Shown here: positions 19,047-28,234 of the stretch, piece after piece
Layout: every line of letters starts with the position of its first letter
Numbering within the stretch: the stretch's first letter is position 1
NCBI GenBank assembly: GCA_905233135.1
Contig: CAJOCQ010000014.1
Location: 4,643-68,642 of the forward strand
DNA: 64,000 nucleotides
Direction of reading: 5' to 3'
Origin: an uncultured Selenomonadaceae bacterium
Lineage (GTDB): Bacteria; Bacillota; Negativicutes; Selenomonadales; Selenomonadaceae
Program-made: the position numbers and the translations under genes
The notes under the pieces: model-generated
What the model was told of the DNA's origin: nothing
Database searches by the model: none
Seen by the model: only the letters and a program-made list of their open reading frames with translations

Positions 19047-19894
19047 TCTTGCACGGCTTCCAAAGATTTTATTGCAACTTCAATCATTGAATCGTCGGGT
19101 TCGCGCGTAGTCAAATATTGCAACCATAAGCCCGGCATTATCGCCAATCTTACAAATGAATTTTTGGAACGCCCCGCGAATCTTATTATTTCGTAGGAAA
19201 TTCCAGCAACTACCGGCAACAAAATTATTCTCGATAAAATTCTCAACCATAAATCAGGCCAACCCAAAAACGCAAATACAAAAATGCTGACTATCATTAC
19301 GATTAACAAAAACGCCGTGCCGCAACGCGGGTGCAGGCGCGGAAATTTTTTTACATTTTCTACTGTCAACGGCAAATCCGCTTCGTAGCAAAAAATTGTT
19401 TTGTGCTCTGCGCCGTGATATTGGAAGACGCGCTGAATATCTTTCATTCTCGAAATTGCCGCTATGTACAAAATAAAAATCGCAAGCCGCACTATTCCTT
19501 CAGCCAAATTGAAATAAAACGGGTCTTCGGTTATCGAATGTAAAAATTTTGCGGCGAAAGTCGGAATTGCTATGAACAACACCGCCGCCAAGCCAAACGC
19601 AAATATCATTGTAAAAATTAATTCTTTGTCGGAAAGTTGCTCTTCTTCTTCGCCCGCCGCTTGCGCCGAAAATGACAGCGAACGCATTCCCAAAATTAAA
19701 CTTTCTATTAAAGATACAGAGCCGCGCAGAAACGGCAACTTTAAAATTGGGAATCTGTCAGCTATTGAATTTACGGGCTTAACTTGAACATTTATATTGC
19801 CGCTCGGCTCGCGTACTGCAGTTGCAACTTTGCCGAAACCGCGCATCATTACTCCTTCAATGACGGCTTGCCCGCCGACTATAGGTTTTTCCAT
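19043..19894 (-). CDS. DUF1385 (YqhQ-like) membrane protein
   Basis: 283 aa. VGGQAVIEGVMMRG start, YHGAEHK motif, several TM segments. Confidence 0.8.
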   Translation of the reverse strand: MEKPIVGGQAVIEGVMMRGFGKVATAVREPSGNINVQVKPVNSIADRFPILKLPFLRGSVSLIESLILGMRSLSFSAQAAGEEEEQLSDKELIFTMIFAFGLAAVLFIAIPTFAAKFLHSITEDPFYFNLAEGIVRLAIFILYIAAISRMKDIQRVFQYHGAEHKTIFCYEADLPLTVENVKKFPRLHPRCGTAFLLIVMIVSIFVFAFLGWPDLWLRILSRIILLPVVAGISYEIIRFAGRSKNSFVRLAIMPGLWLQYLTTREPDDSMIEVAIKSLEAVQE

Positions 19895-19932
19895 TATTTA
19901 ATTTCCCCTTAAAAATAAAAAAATTTTTTAAA

Positions 19933-20066
19933 AGTACGCGCTTGCCAGGACACGGTGCGCACGGACGCGCACCGCCCGCAATAAGTCGCGTGATGCGACT
20001 TCTGCGGGTCGGAAGTTTTTCTTTCTTTGCCTAAGCGTTTCTTTCTTTTTCCAAAAAGAAAGAAAT
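19933..20066 (+). repeat. Structured intergenic repeat, family 1, copy B
   Basis: Hairpins GGTGCGC/GCGCACC and CCGCCCGCA..AAGTCGC/GCGACTT..TGCGGGTCGG, then AAGTTTTTCTTTCTTTGCC, then palindrome TTTCTTTCTTTTTCCAAAAAGAAAGAAA. Lies between divergent DUF1385 and cheV. Confidence 0.7.
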
Positions 20067-20225
20067 GCTGTATTTTCAAAAACAAAAAATTTCATAAAAA
20101 ATAAAAAAAACTTAAACGCCCAAAAAGTCTACCATAAAACTAAAAAATTTTCCATTTGCAGGATAAAAATTCTTGGCGGCGAAATGTACTTTAGTTTAAA
20201 AGTTGAAAACTTTGGGGGCGATTTA

Positions 20226-21188
20226 ATGGCAAATGATAAAGTTCGTAAGGGCGACGAGACCGCCGGCGATAAAAAGGGTATTTTGCTTGAAACAGGTACA
20301 AACGAATTTGAAATAGTCGAATTTAGCATTGGAAAAGTTAATTACGGTATCAACGTTGCGAAAGTGCGCGAAGTTATTCAACGCGCACCCGTTACTGCAA
20401 TGCCGCAAGCTCATCCTTACATTGACGGGCTTTTTACTCTGCGCGGAAAAGCTATTCCGCTTGTAAATCTTCCGCGCTGCTTGAATGTTGCGTCGGGCGA
20501 AGAAGCCAAAAATATTATCGTTACTGAAATTAACAATTACGGTATCGGCTTTTTGGTTGAAAATGTTTCGCGTATTCACAGAATTTCTTGGAAAGATATG
20601 GAACCTGCGCCCGAAGTCGGCGACCAATCCCGCGTTGTCGGTATTATCAAAATGAGCGACAGAATTGTTTTACTGCTTGACTTTGAAACAATCATTGCTG
20701 AAATTAATCCCGAAATTAACGCAAAACTTACAACCGTTGAAGACGCTACCGAAGATATTCGCTCTTCCCGCGCAAATGTTCACGTTGTTGTTGCTGAAGA
20801 TTCGGGAATGTTACGCGATTTGCTTGTTACAACTTTGCACGATTCCGGCTACAGATTTGTTCGTGATTTCGGTAACGGTATGGACGCTTGGGAATATCTG
20901 CGCGACCTTTCGACCAAAGACGGTCCTATTTATAACCACGTCGGCGTTATCGTCTCTGACGTTGAAATGCCGAAAATGGACGGGCACCGCCTCTTAAAAC
21001 TCGTACGCGACAACGACCGTCTGCGCGAAGTTCCTTTCGTTTTGTTCTCTTCTTTGATTAGTGAAGAAATGCGCTTGAAGGGCGAATCACTCGGCGCAAG
21101 CGGGCAAATTTCCAAGCCTGAAATTAATCAGTTAATCAGCTTGTTAGACAATTTAATTTTCGGTAAACCGATGCCCACCGAAAAATAA
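20226..21188 (+). CDS. cheV: CheV-like chemotaxis protein (CheW domain + response-regulator receiver)
   Basis: N-terminal CheW-like region (EFEIVEFSIGKVNYGINVAKVREV). C-terminal REC domain (VHVVVAEDSGMLRDL, IVSDVEMPKMDG). ATG 20226 follows GGGGGCG. Confidence 0.8.
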   Translation: MANDKVRKGDETAGDKKGILLETGTNEFEIVEFSIGKVNYGINVAKVREVIQRAPVTAMPQAHPYIDGLFTLRGKAIPLVNLPRCLNVASGEEAKNIIVTEINNYGIGFLVENVSRIHRISWKDMEPAPEVGDQSRVVGIIKMSDRIVLLLDFETIIAEINPEINAKLTTVEDATEDIRSSRANVHVVVAEDSGMLRDLLVTTLHDSGYRFVRDFGNGMDAWEYLRDLSTKDGPIYNHVGVIVSDVEMPKMDGHRLLKLVRDNDRLREVPFVLFSSLISEEMRLKGESLGASGQISKPEINQLISLLDNLIFGKPMPTEK

Positions 21189-21242
21189 TCAATAAAATTT
21201 TTGCCTGCGATGACGCGGGCTTTTTTTGTTGGAGGAAATTTT

Positions 21243-22016
21243 ATGAAACAATTTATAGTTGACGCTTTTACCGATAAAATTTTTGGCGGCAACCCCGCCG
21301 CAGTTTGTGTACTTGAAAAATTTTTGCCTGAAGATTTAATGCAGAAAATTGCAATGGAAAATAATTTTTCTGAAACGGCTTTTCTTGTCAAAGAAAAAAA
21401 TTTTTACAAATTGCGTTGGTTTACGCCCGCCGCCGAAATTGATTTTTGCGGGCACGCAACGCTTGCAAGCGGCTTCGTCATTTTAACACAGATTGAACCT
21501 AATTTAAATTTTGTAGAATTTGAAACAAGGCACGGCAAGTTGACTGTTACCAAAGTTGACAAATTTTTTGAAATGGATTTTCCCGCGTACGAATATAAAA
21601 AAATTTCCGTAACTGCCGAAATGCAAGCGGCGATTGGCGCAGAAATTTTGGAAGCGTATTTGAGCAGAGATTTATTAATGGTTGTAAAGGACGCTGAAAC
21701 AGTCGAAAAACTTCAGCCGAATTTTGAAAAAATTTTAAAGCTTGAAGGTACAACGCAAGCCGTAACCGCCGCAGGAAAAAATTTTGACTGCGTGTCAAGA
21801 GTTTTTGCGCCGAAAGTTGGAGTTAATGAAGACCCCGTTACAGGTTCCACGCATTGTTTAATTGCGCCGTATTGGGCAGAAAAGCTCGGCAAGAAAAAAA
21901 TTTTTGCGCGGCAAGCCTCAAAGCGCGGCGGAATTTTGCATTGCGAAATTATCAACCAACGTGTTAAAATCTCGGGGCAAGCTGTACTGTTTGCAGTTGC
22001 TGAAATTAATATTTGA
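21243..22016 (+). CDS. PhzF-family isomerase
   Basis: MKQFIVDAFTDKIFGGNPAAV N-terminus, FCGHATLA, EDPVTGSTHC. GGAGG RBS before ATG 21243. Confidence 0.8.
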   Translation: MKQFIVDAFTDKIFGGNPAAVCVLEKFLPEDLMQKIAMENNFSETAFLVKEKNFYKLRWFTPAAEIDFCGHATLASGFVILTQIEPNLNFVEFETRHGKLTVTKVDKFFEMDFPAYEYKKISVTAEMQAAIGAEILEAYLSRDLLMVVKDAETVEKLQPNFEKILKLEGTTQAVTAAGKNFDCVSRVFAPKVGVNEDPVTGSTHCLIAPYWAEKLGKKKIFARQASKRGGILHCEIINQRVKISGQAVLFAVAEINI

Positions 22017-22034
22017 AATATATTTAAATTTAAA

Positions 22035-22067
22035 GTCGTTACAAAAATATTTGTAGCGGCTTTTTTT
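22035..22067 (+). terminator. Rho-independent terminator after the PhzF-like gene
   Basis: 10-bp stem GTCGTTACAA / TTGTAGCGGC (two G-U pairs), 6-nt loop, then T7. Confidence 0.55.
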
Positions 22068-22068
22068 A

Positions 22069-22099
22069 TTGACAAAATCAAAACGGGGGGGGGTATAAT
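22069..22099 (+). promoter_or_regulatory. Consensus -35/-10 promoter with a G9 homopolymer in a 19-nt spacer
   Basis: TTGACA (22069-22074), spacer AAATCAAAAC+G9 (G run 22085-22093), TATAAT (22094-22099). AAAGGAG RBS and TTG start of the AAA ATPase lie downstream. Confidence 0.55.
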
Positions 22100-22132
22100 A
22101 AATTTTAAATTTCAGAAAGGAGCGTTTAAATT

Positions 22133-23080
22133 TTGTGGAAAAGAATCACGCCCGAAGACGAAAAAGCCGCCGCTGAAGAAACTAAAAAGCCTAAAGAGCC
22201 GCCAATAGAATTTTTTCCCGAAGAGCCGAAATATTCTTTTGACGAAATAATTTTGCCGCAAGCAGTCAAAGATAAAATTTTGGACGTGGCAAACTACGCC
22301 GAAAATTCCAAAAAAGTTTTTGAAGAATGGGGCTTGCAAAAAGTTTTCAAGCAGTCAAAGCGAATCGGAATAAATTTATACGGCGCGCCCGGTACCGGCA
22401 AAACTATGGCGGCGCACGCTATTGCAAAACATTTGGGCAGAAAAATTCTTGCCGTCAACTACGCAGATATTGAATCAAAGTACGTTGGCGAAACGCCCAA
22501 AAATATTCGTAAAGCATTTGAGGCGGCGAAGGCTACAAACAGCATTTTATTTTTCGACGAGGCAGACGCAATTTTGAGCAAGCGCGTTACCAATATGTCA
22601 AGTGCAACTGATGTCAGCGTGAATCAAACGCGCTCTGTTATGCTTATGCTGATGAATGATTATCAAGACTTTGTAATTTTCGCCACGAATTTTATTTCAA
22701 ACTTCGACCCCGCTTTTATGCGCCGAATTTCTACGCACATTGAATTTACATTGCCCGACCTCGAGTGCAGGAAAAAACTTTGGCGTTATTACATTTTGCC
22801 TACAATGCCGAATAACATTGACATTGACGAACTCGCCGAAAAGTACGACGAAATTTCAGGCAGTGATATTTCAAACGCAGTTTTAATGGCGGCTTTTAAG
22901 GCGGCGCGGCTGAATTGTGATATTGTCGAAAAAAATTTTGTATTTGAGGCGATTGAAGAAACTATTGCAAGCAAAAATGCAAATGCAGGCGTTACGGTTG
23001 AAAAGCGCGTTGTTTCTGAAGAATACGTCAAAGAAAAATTTGAAAAGCACGGTAAAAATTTACCGGCAACTGAAAAATAA
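22133..23080 (+). CDS. Classical AAA-family ATPase (single AAA module)
   Basis: Walker A GAPGTGKT, ESKYVGETPKNIRKAFEAA, Walker B ILFFDEADAI, second region of homology NFDPAFMRR. C-terminal tail EKRVVSEEYVKEKFEKHGK. Confidence 0.8.
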   Translation: MWKRITPEDEKAAAEETKKPKEPPIEFFPEEPKYSFDEIILPQAVKDKILDVANYAENSKKVFEEWGLQKVFKQSKRIGINLYGAPGTGKTMAAHAIAKHLGRKILAVNYADIESKYVGETPKNIRKAFEAAKATNSILFFDEADAILSKRVTNMSSATDVSVNQTRSVMLMLMNDYQDFVIFATNFISNFDPAFMRRISTHIEFTLPDLECRKKLWRYYILPTMPNNIDIDELAEKYDEISGSDISNAVLMAAFKAARLNCDIVEKNFVFEAIEETIASKNANAGVTVEKRVVSEEYVKEKFEKHGKNLPATEK

Positions 23081-23098
23081 ATTTTAGGCGGTGAAATT

Positions 23099-23431
23099 TT
23101 GGCAACTACTACCTTTGAAAGAGTTCAAAAAATTATTGTTGAACAACTCGGCGTTGAACCTGAGGAAGTTTATATGTCTTCAGCTTTCATGGAAGATTTG
23201 GGTGCGGATTCGCTTGATGTCATTGAGTTAATTATGGCGTTCGAGGAAGAATTTGATATTGAAATTCCCGACGAAAAAATCGAAAGAACGATAACTGTAG
23301 GTGATATTGTAAATTATTTAACTCCCTATGAAGAAGTTTCTTCTGACCGCATGAAGCGCGTTGTTTCTGAAGATTACGTTAAACAAAGAATGCAGAAAAG
23401 CGGGCGCAAAATTAAAAGGACAGGTGATTAA
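23099..23431 (+). CDS. Acyl carrier protein-like protein with ~35-aa basic C-terminal extension
   Basis: ACP fold signature [26 protein letters not shown] (DSL phosphopantetheine site). Extension [20 protein letters not shown] repeats the tail of the upstream ATPase. TTG start. No fab genes nearby. Confidence 0.7.
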   Translation: MATTTFERVQKIIVEQLGVEPEEVYMSSAFMEDLGADSLDVIELIMAFEEEFDIEIPDEKIERTITVGDIVNYLTPYEEVSSDRMKRVVSEDYVKQRMQKSGRKIKRTGD

Positions 23432-23432
23432 A

Positions 23433-23801
23433 TTGATACCGTTAGGATTGGTGTTAATAGGTTTAGGCGTTGTGGCTATAGTTTCTTGTTGGGACGATAT
23501 TTTGGAATGGCTGTCAGATTTTCTGCCGAGAGTTGCAAACTTTATCAGAACTATCGGAAAGACTCTCGGACCAATGGCTGAATACGTAACCGAAATGATT
23601 GGGGAACTCCTCGATAAAGCTTCTACCGCAATAAAGCACTATTTATATTACAAACAAAACGGGCAGTGGATTGAAGAAACAACGAAGCGCATTTTGCCTG
23701 AAAGTGAATTGCCGCCGCGTATCAAGCGTAAACTCAGAAGAAAAGGGCAAGAAGAAGATATAACTGATGAAATTGAAATGGAAACAGGTTTAACAGTTTA
23801 A
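23433..23801 (+). CDS. Small membrane protein (one N-terminal TM helix, charged C-terminus)
   Basis: Frame of ORF 23361..23801. Probable TTG start at 23433, right after the ACP stop, with AGGACAGGTGA upstream. IPLGLVLIGLGVVAIVSCW hydrophobic segment. No family recognised. Confidence 0.5.
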   Translation: MIPLGLVLIGLGVVAIVSCWDDILEWLSDFLPRVANFIRTIGKTLGPMAEYVTEMIGELLDKASTAIKHYLYYKQNGQWIEETTKRILPESELPPRIKRKLRRKGQEEDITDEIEMETGLTV

Positions 23802-23815
23802 AGGAGGCGAACGCT

Positions 23816-24235
23816 ATGGGATTTTTTGAACGTTTGAGCAACAAAGGCAACGACGAAAAAAATTTTGGCACTACCGAAACTAAAAGCATTTTTGTTAAAA
23901 GCATTGACGAAATTACAGAAATTTTTGCAGATACAATCAACGATACTATTTTGAAGGAAGAATTTTACAAGGCGTCAATATTTTTGGGCGGCGAATTTTT
24001 TGTTGAGTACATCGACGAAAAAACTTATACGCATTATTGCAAATTTTATTTTCAGAAAAGGGACGATTCCACTTACACTTTGGAAACAAAAAAGCAGCGC
24101 GTAGATATAGGGAGGCTTTCTTACGAGGCGCGGCGTGAATTGGAAACAAAGAAAGTTATTAAATTTGAAATTCCCGAGCCTTCCGAAGAAGTGCGCAAAA
24201 CGTACACCTGGAACTTTGAAAAAAGTTTTTTTTAA
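23816..24235 (+). CDS. Hypothetical soluble protein
   Basis: 139-aa ORF with AAGGAGG RBS 6 nt upstream. Last gene of the 4-gene cluster. A T-rich tract follows. No family recognised. Confidence 0.55.
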   Translation: MGFFERLSNKGNDEKNFGTTETKSIFVKSIDEITEIFADTINDTILKEEFYKASIFLGGEFFVEYIDEKTYTHYCKFYFQKRDDSTYTLETKKQRVDIGRLSYEARRELETKKVIKFEIPEPSEEVRKTYTWNFEKSFF

Positions 24236-24429
24236 TAAAATATTTTTTCCGAAAAAAACCGGTTCAGCAATGGGCTGGTTATTTTTTTTTGTTGTGATAA
24301 AATATCTGCAAAAAATTTATTTGAGAATTGCAATGTTACAGCGAAAAATTTTTGCAACGATATTTTTAATGTTGGTTGAAATTTTTTTTAGAAATTTTTC
24401 AATCAGCGAAAGTTGAGGAGGAATTAAAA

Positions 24430-25824
24430 ATGAACATTTTAGCGGCAGTGGCAGTCCCGCACCCGCCAATAATTTTACCTGAAGTCGGGCGCGGCGAAGA
24501 AGAAAAAATTTCTGCAACTTCCAACGCCTACAAAGAAATTTCGCGCCGAATAGTTGAACTCAATCCCGATACGATTATTATAACGAGCCCGCATTCGATA
24601 ATGTACGCGGATTATTTTCACATTTCGCCGGGCGAATCAGCTGAAGGCGATATGGGCAGATTTCGCGCGCCGCAAGTCGATTTAAAAATAAATTATGACG
24701 TGGAATTTGTTGACGCGCTGAGCAACGCCGCAATGGCTGAAAATATTCCTGCGGGCAAAATGGGCGAACGTGATAAAACTTTGGATCACGGCACTTTAAT
24801 TCCTTTAAGATTTTTGGAGCAGGCGGGATTAGATTTTGACAAGGTAAAATTTTTGCGGATTGGACTTTCAGGCTTAAGCGCGGCAGTTCATTATAAATTC
24901 GGGCAAACAATTTCAAAAGTTGCAGAAGATTTAAACCGCCGCGTAGTTTTTGTGGCAAGCGGTGATTTATCACATAAACTCAAGGCGGACGGTCCTTACG
25001 GCTTTGTTGAAGAAGGACCGCAATTCGATAAGGCGGTTATGGAAAATTTGGGCGGCGCAGATTTTCTGAAATTGTTGACGATGGACAATACAATTTGCAA
25101 CCGCGCGGCTGAATGCGGCTTGAGAAGTTTTTGGATAATGGCGGGCGCACTTGACAGAAAAAATATTTCCGCCGAAAAACTTTCGTACGAAGGACCTTTC
25201 GGCGTCGGTTACGGCGTTGTTTGGTTTAACGTCGGCGGCGAAAATCTTAACAGAAATTTTGACGTGCAACTGGAAAATTTTCAACACGCAGATTATATCG
25301 AGCGCAAAAAAAATGAAGACGCCTTTGTTAAATTGGCGCGACTCAGTCTTGAAACTTTTGTAAAGACTCATAAGCCCGCCGAATTGCCAAAAGATTTGCC
25401 CGCCGAAATGACAAGCCGTCGCGCAGGAACTTTTGTAAGCTTGCATAAGGGCGGAAATTTGCGCGGTTGCATTGGAACTTTTTTGCCTACAACAAATTCA
25501 ATCGCTGAAGAAATTTTGCAAAATGCAATTTCGGCTTGTTCGAGAGACCCGCGCTTTTCGCCCGTCGAAGTTTCAGAACTTGAAGAAATTGAAATTAGCG
25601 TTGACGTTTTGAGCGAGCCCGAAAGAATTTTTGACATTAAAGATTGTGACGCCAAAAAATACGGCGTCATTGTCGAAAACGGCGGGCGGCGCGGCTTGCT
25701 GTTGCCTGACTTGGAAGGCGTCAACACTCCCCAAGAACAAATTGCAATAGCCAAAAAAAAGGCGGGTATTCCCGCCAATGAAAAAGTTGCCTTGTGGCGT
25801 TTTGAAGTCATTCGCCACCATTAA
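24430..25824 (+). CDS. Fusion of class III extradiol dioxygenase-like (LigB/Memo-like) domain and AMMECR1 domain
   Basis: ATG 24430 after GGAGGA. N-terminus MNILAAVAVPHPPIILPEVG. C-terminal AMMECR1 core RRAGTFVSLHKGGNLRGCIGTF...SRDPRF. Confidence 0.75.
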   Translation: MNILAAVAVPHPPIILPEVGRGEEEKISATSNAYKEISRRIVELNPDTIIITSPHSIMYADYFHISPGESAEGDMGRFRAPQVDLKINYDVEFVDALSNAAMAENIPAGKMGERDKTLDHGTLIPLRFLEQAGLDFDKVKFLRIGLSGLSAAVHYKFGQTISKVAEDLNRRVVFVASGDLSHKLKADGPYGFVEEGPQFDKAVMENLGGADFLKLLTMDNTICNRAAECGLRSFWIMAGALDRKNISAEKLSYEGPFGVGYGVVWFNVGGENLNRNFDVQLENFQHADYIERKKNEDAFVKLARLSLETFVKTHKPAELPKDLPAEMTSRRAGTFVSLHKGGNLRGCIGTFLPTTNSIAEEILQNAISACSRDPRFSPVEVSELEEIEISVDVLSEPERIFDIKDCDAKKYGVIVENGGRRGLLLPDLEGVNTPQEQIAIAKKKAGIPANEKVALWRFEVIRHH

Positions 25825-26276
25825 TTTTTTTGTTCGCCGTTAAGCGGCTTAAAGAAATTGAAAATTTTTTCGTACTGCGTTTTTAATTTTGAGAAAATAT
25901 CGGCTTGAATTGAATCTGCAAGTTCAATCAGCAATAATGAAAAATCTGTCCTGCGCGAAAATTCTTTGTGCGGGATTAATTTTTTTATAAAGTCAGAAAT
26001 ACTTTCGCCGCAAAAAATTTTTCTGCCAGCCGCGTAAATCAGCAAGCCGCCCGTTACAATCGCCGCAATTATCCACGTTGCCGCCGTCGGTAAATGTTTG
26101 GCAAGGAACGGAATGACTTTTTGCAGAATCAGAAAAAATATTCCCGCCAACACGCCTAAAATTATTATAAAAATTTTTGAGGCGGACAAAGTTAAACCGA
26201 GAATTTTTGCAAGCAGCCGAAAAAATCCCGCGCCGATTATCAGCAAAATTATCAGCAACACTGCAAGTGTAAACAT
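25821..26276 (-). CDS. Hypothetical integral membrane protein
   Basis: Several hydrophobic helices (FTLAVLLIILLIIGAGFF, IIILGVLAGIFFLIL, WIIAAIVTGGLLIYA). ATG 26276 with AGGAAG 8 nt upstream. The GTG at 26285 is an alternative start. Confidence 0.5.
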   Translation of the reverse strand: MFTLAVLLIILLIIGAGFFRLLAKILGLTLSASKIFIIILGVLAGIFFLILQKVIPFLAKHLPTAATWIIAAIVTGGLLIYAAGRKIFCGESISDFIKKLIPHKEFSRRTDFSLLLIELADSIQADIFSKLKTQYEKIFNFFKPLNGEQKN

Positions 26277-26291
26277 TGCCGCCACTTCCTT

Positions 26292-26912
26292 TTATAACGT
26301 ATCAAAAATTCTGTCGCCCGCGTCGCCGAGTCCCGGCACAATGTATGCATTTTCGTTCAAGCGTTCGTCAATCGCCGAAGTATAAATTGGCAATTCGGGA
26401 TGAGCTTCAGAAAGTTTTTTAATACCTTCGGGCGCGGAAATTATGCTGATAAAAATTAAAACTTTTGCGCCGTCATTTTTAAGCATTTGAATTGCCGCCG
26501 CCGCACTGCCGCCCGTTGCCAACATCGGGTCAAGTACGATTATTTTTTTTGAAGAAAAATTCGGCGGCATTTTTTTATAGTATTCAATCGGCTTTTTGGT
26601 AATTTCGTCACGAACAAGCCCAATATGTCCAACCGCCGCGTCAGGTAAAACTTTCAACGCGCCGCTTAACATTCCGAGACCTGCGCGAAGTATCGGCACA
26701 ATTACAAAATCTTCAGCTAAAACTTTCGCCTTGCAACGCGCTATTGGCGTTTTAATTTCAACTTCTTTCAGCTTGAAATTTTTTGAAACTTCGTACGTTA
26801 AAAAAATTGCAATTTCTTCGACTGTTTGACGAAAAATTTTCGGCGGCGTGTCTTTTCGCCTAATCAAAGTTAATCTGTCTTTCAAGATTGGGTTGAAAAT
26901 TTCTGTAACCAT
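26292..26912 (-). CDS. upp: Uracil phosphoribosyltransferase
   Basis: 206 aa. PILRAGLGM, VLDPMLATGGSA (PRPP loop), YIVPGLGDAGDR. Confidence 0.9.
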   Translation of the reverse strand: MVTEIFNPILKDRLTLIRRKDTPPKIFRQTVEEIAIFLTYEVSKNFKLKEVEIKTPIARCKAKVLAEDFVIVPILRAGLGMLSGALKVLPDAAVGHIGLVRDEITKKPIEYYKKMPPNFSSKKIIVLDPMLATGGSAAAAIQMLKNDGAKVLIFISIISAPEGIKKLSEAHPELPIYTSAIDERLNENAYIVPGLGDAGDRIFDTL

Positions 26913-26922
26913 TGCAAATTAT

Positions 26923-27762
26923 TTACCTCAATTCAGTCAAAAATTCTTCAAAGGGCAGTCCGTAATTCCACGCAAGGTTTAATTTTTCTGCGTGCAAAAT
27001 ACATTTTGTAACGAAATCTGCCGCCTTGCGTACCGCCGCAGTTAAAGTTTCGCCGTTCATAATCGACGCGGCAACTATCGCAAAAAATACATCGCCCGTG
27101 CCCGACCTGTCGCTCCCCAATTTTTTTGAAGTCACAAAATCAATTTTGCCGTTATCGTAAATAAAATTTGCAATGTTGGAGCCGTCGTCCACGTCAAGAT
27201 TTACGCCCGTAATAATGACTTTACCGCCGCGCGTTTTCGCCGCAATGTTCGCCGCCATCGTCGCCAAATCCGAATCTGAAATAATTCCTTCGACAGGATA
27301 CGGAATATTTAAAAGTTGGCAAGCTTCCGTTAAATTCGGCGTCGCCAAATCTGCGAACTTCAACAAGTCACGAATTTTAACGCACATTTCGCGCGTATAA
27401 GTTTTATAAATTTTGCCGTGATCCCCCATAACGGGGTCAATGAAAATTTGCGCGTTGGAATTTTTCAAAAAGTCGCTGACAATTTCAATTTGCGCCGCCG
27501 AGCCCAAAAATCCCGTCGCTACGCCGTCAAATTCCAAATTATTCAGCCGCCAACTTTTTATATAAGCTTGCATTTTATCTGTATAATCGTCTAAAAAATA
27601 ATTTTGGTAGCCCGTATGCACTGAAAGAATTGCAGTCGGCAACGGGCAAGCTTGAATTTTCAACGCAGAAATTATCGGTAACTCAACCGTTACAGAACAA
27701 CGCCCGAAGCCCGTTATATCGTTAATCAATGCTAATTTTTTTTGTCTCAAAATTTCAACCAC
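26923..27762 (-). CDS. pdxK: Pyridoxal/pyridoxamine kinase
   Basis: 279 aa. INDITGFGRCS, DPVMGDHGK, GTGDVF ribokinase-family anion hole. Confidence 0.8.
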   Translation of the reverse strand: MVEILRQKKLALINDITGFGRCSVTVELPIISALKIQACPLPTAILSVHTGYQNYFLDDYTDKMQAYIKSWRLNNLEFDGVATGFLGSAAQIEIVSDFLKNSNAQIFIDPVMGDHGKIYKTYTREMCVKIRDLLKFADLATPNLTEACQLLNIPYPVEGIISDSDLATMAANIAAKTRGGKVIITGVNLDVDDGSNIANFIYDNGKIDFVTSKKLGSDRSGTGDVFFAIVAASIMNGETLTAAVRKAADFVTKCILHAEKLNLAWNYGLPFEEFLTELR

Positions 27763-27768
27763 TCCAAA

Positions 27769-28206
27769 TTATTCGTGCCGCGCCAAACGTTCTTTAGCCA
27801 TTTGCTCAAATTCGCCGCGCCCGTAATTTACAAAAGGTTCAATCGCAATTCCGCCGCGCACTTTGAAAAGTCCTTCAATCTCCAAATATTTCGGCTCCAA
27901 AAGTTTTATTAAATCGTCAGCAATTCGATTAACCGCGCTTTCATGGAAAATCCCCGCGTTGCGAAAACTCGTCAGATAAAGTTTCAGGCTCTTACTTTCA
28001 ACAAGTTTTTCTGCGGGAATGTAGCGAATTTTCAACGTTGCAAAATCAGGTTGGTGCGTTATCGGACAAACGCAAGTAAATTCTTCGCAGTTCAGCTTGA
28101 CAAAATAATTTCTGCCGGTGTTGGGATTCGGTATCGCCTCCAAAAATTCCGGCTTGTAGTCAAAAGTATAATCAATTTGTTTACCTAAACTTTTTAATTC
28201 GCTCAA
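27769..28206 (-). CDS. queF: NADPH-dependent 7-cyano-7-deazaguanine reductase
   Basis: 145 aa. EFTCVCPITHQPDFA (catalytic Cys motif), SLKLYL, FHE. TTG start with GAAAGGAAG upstream. Confidence 0.85.
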   Translation of the reverse strand: MSELKSLGKQIDYTFDYKPEFLEAIPNPNTGRNYFVKLNCEEFTCVCPITHQPDFATLKIRYIPAEKLVESKSLKLYLTSFRNAGIFHESAVNRIADDLIKLLEPKYLEIEGLFKVRGGIAIEPFVNYGRGEFEQMAKERLARHE

Positions 28207-28234
28207 TGGAAAAACTTCCTTTCAGTCAGTTTTT

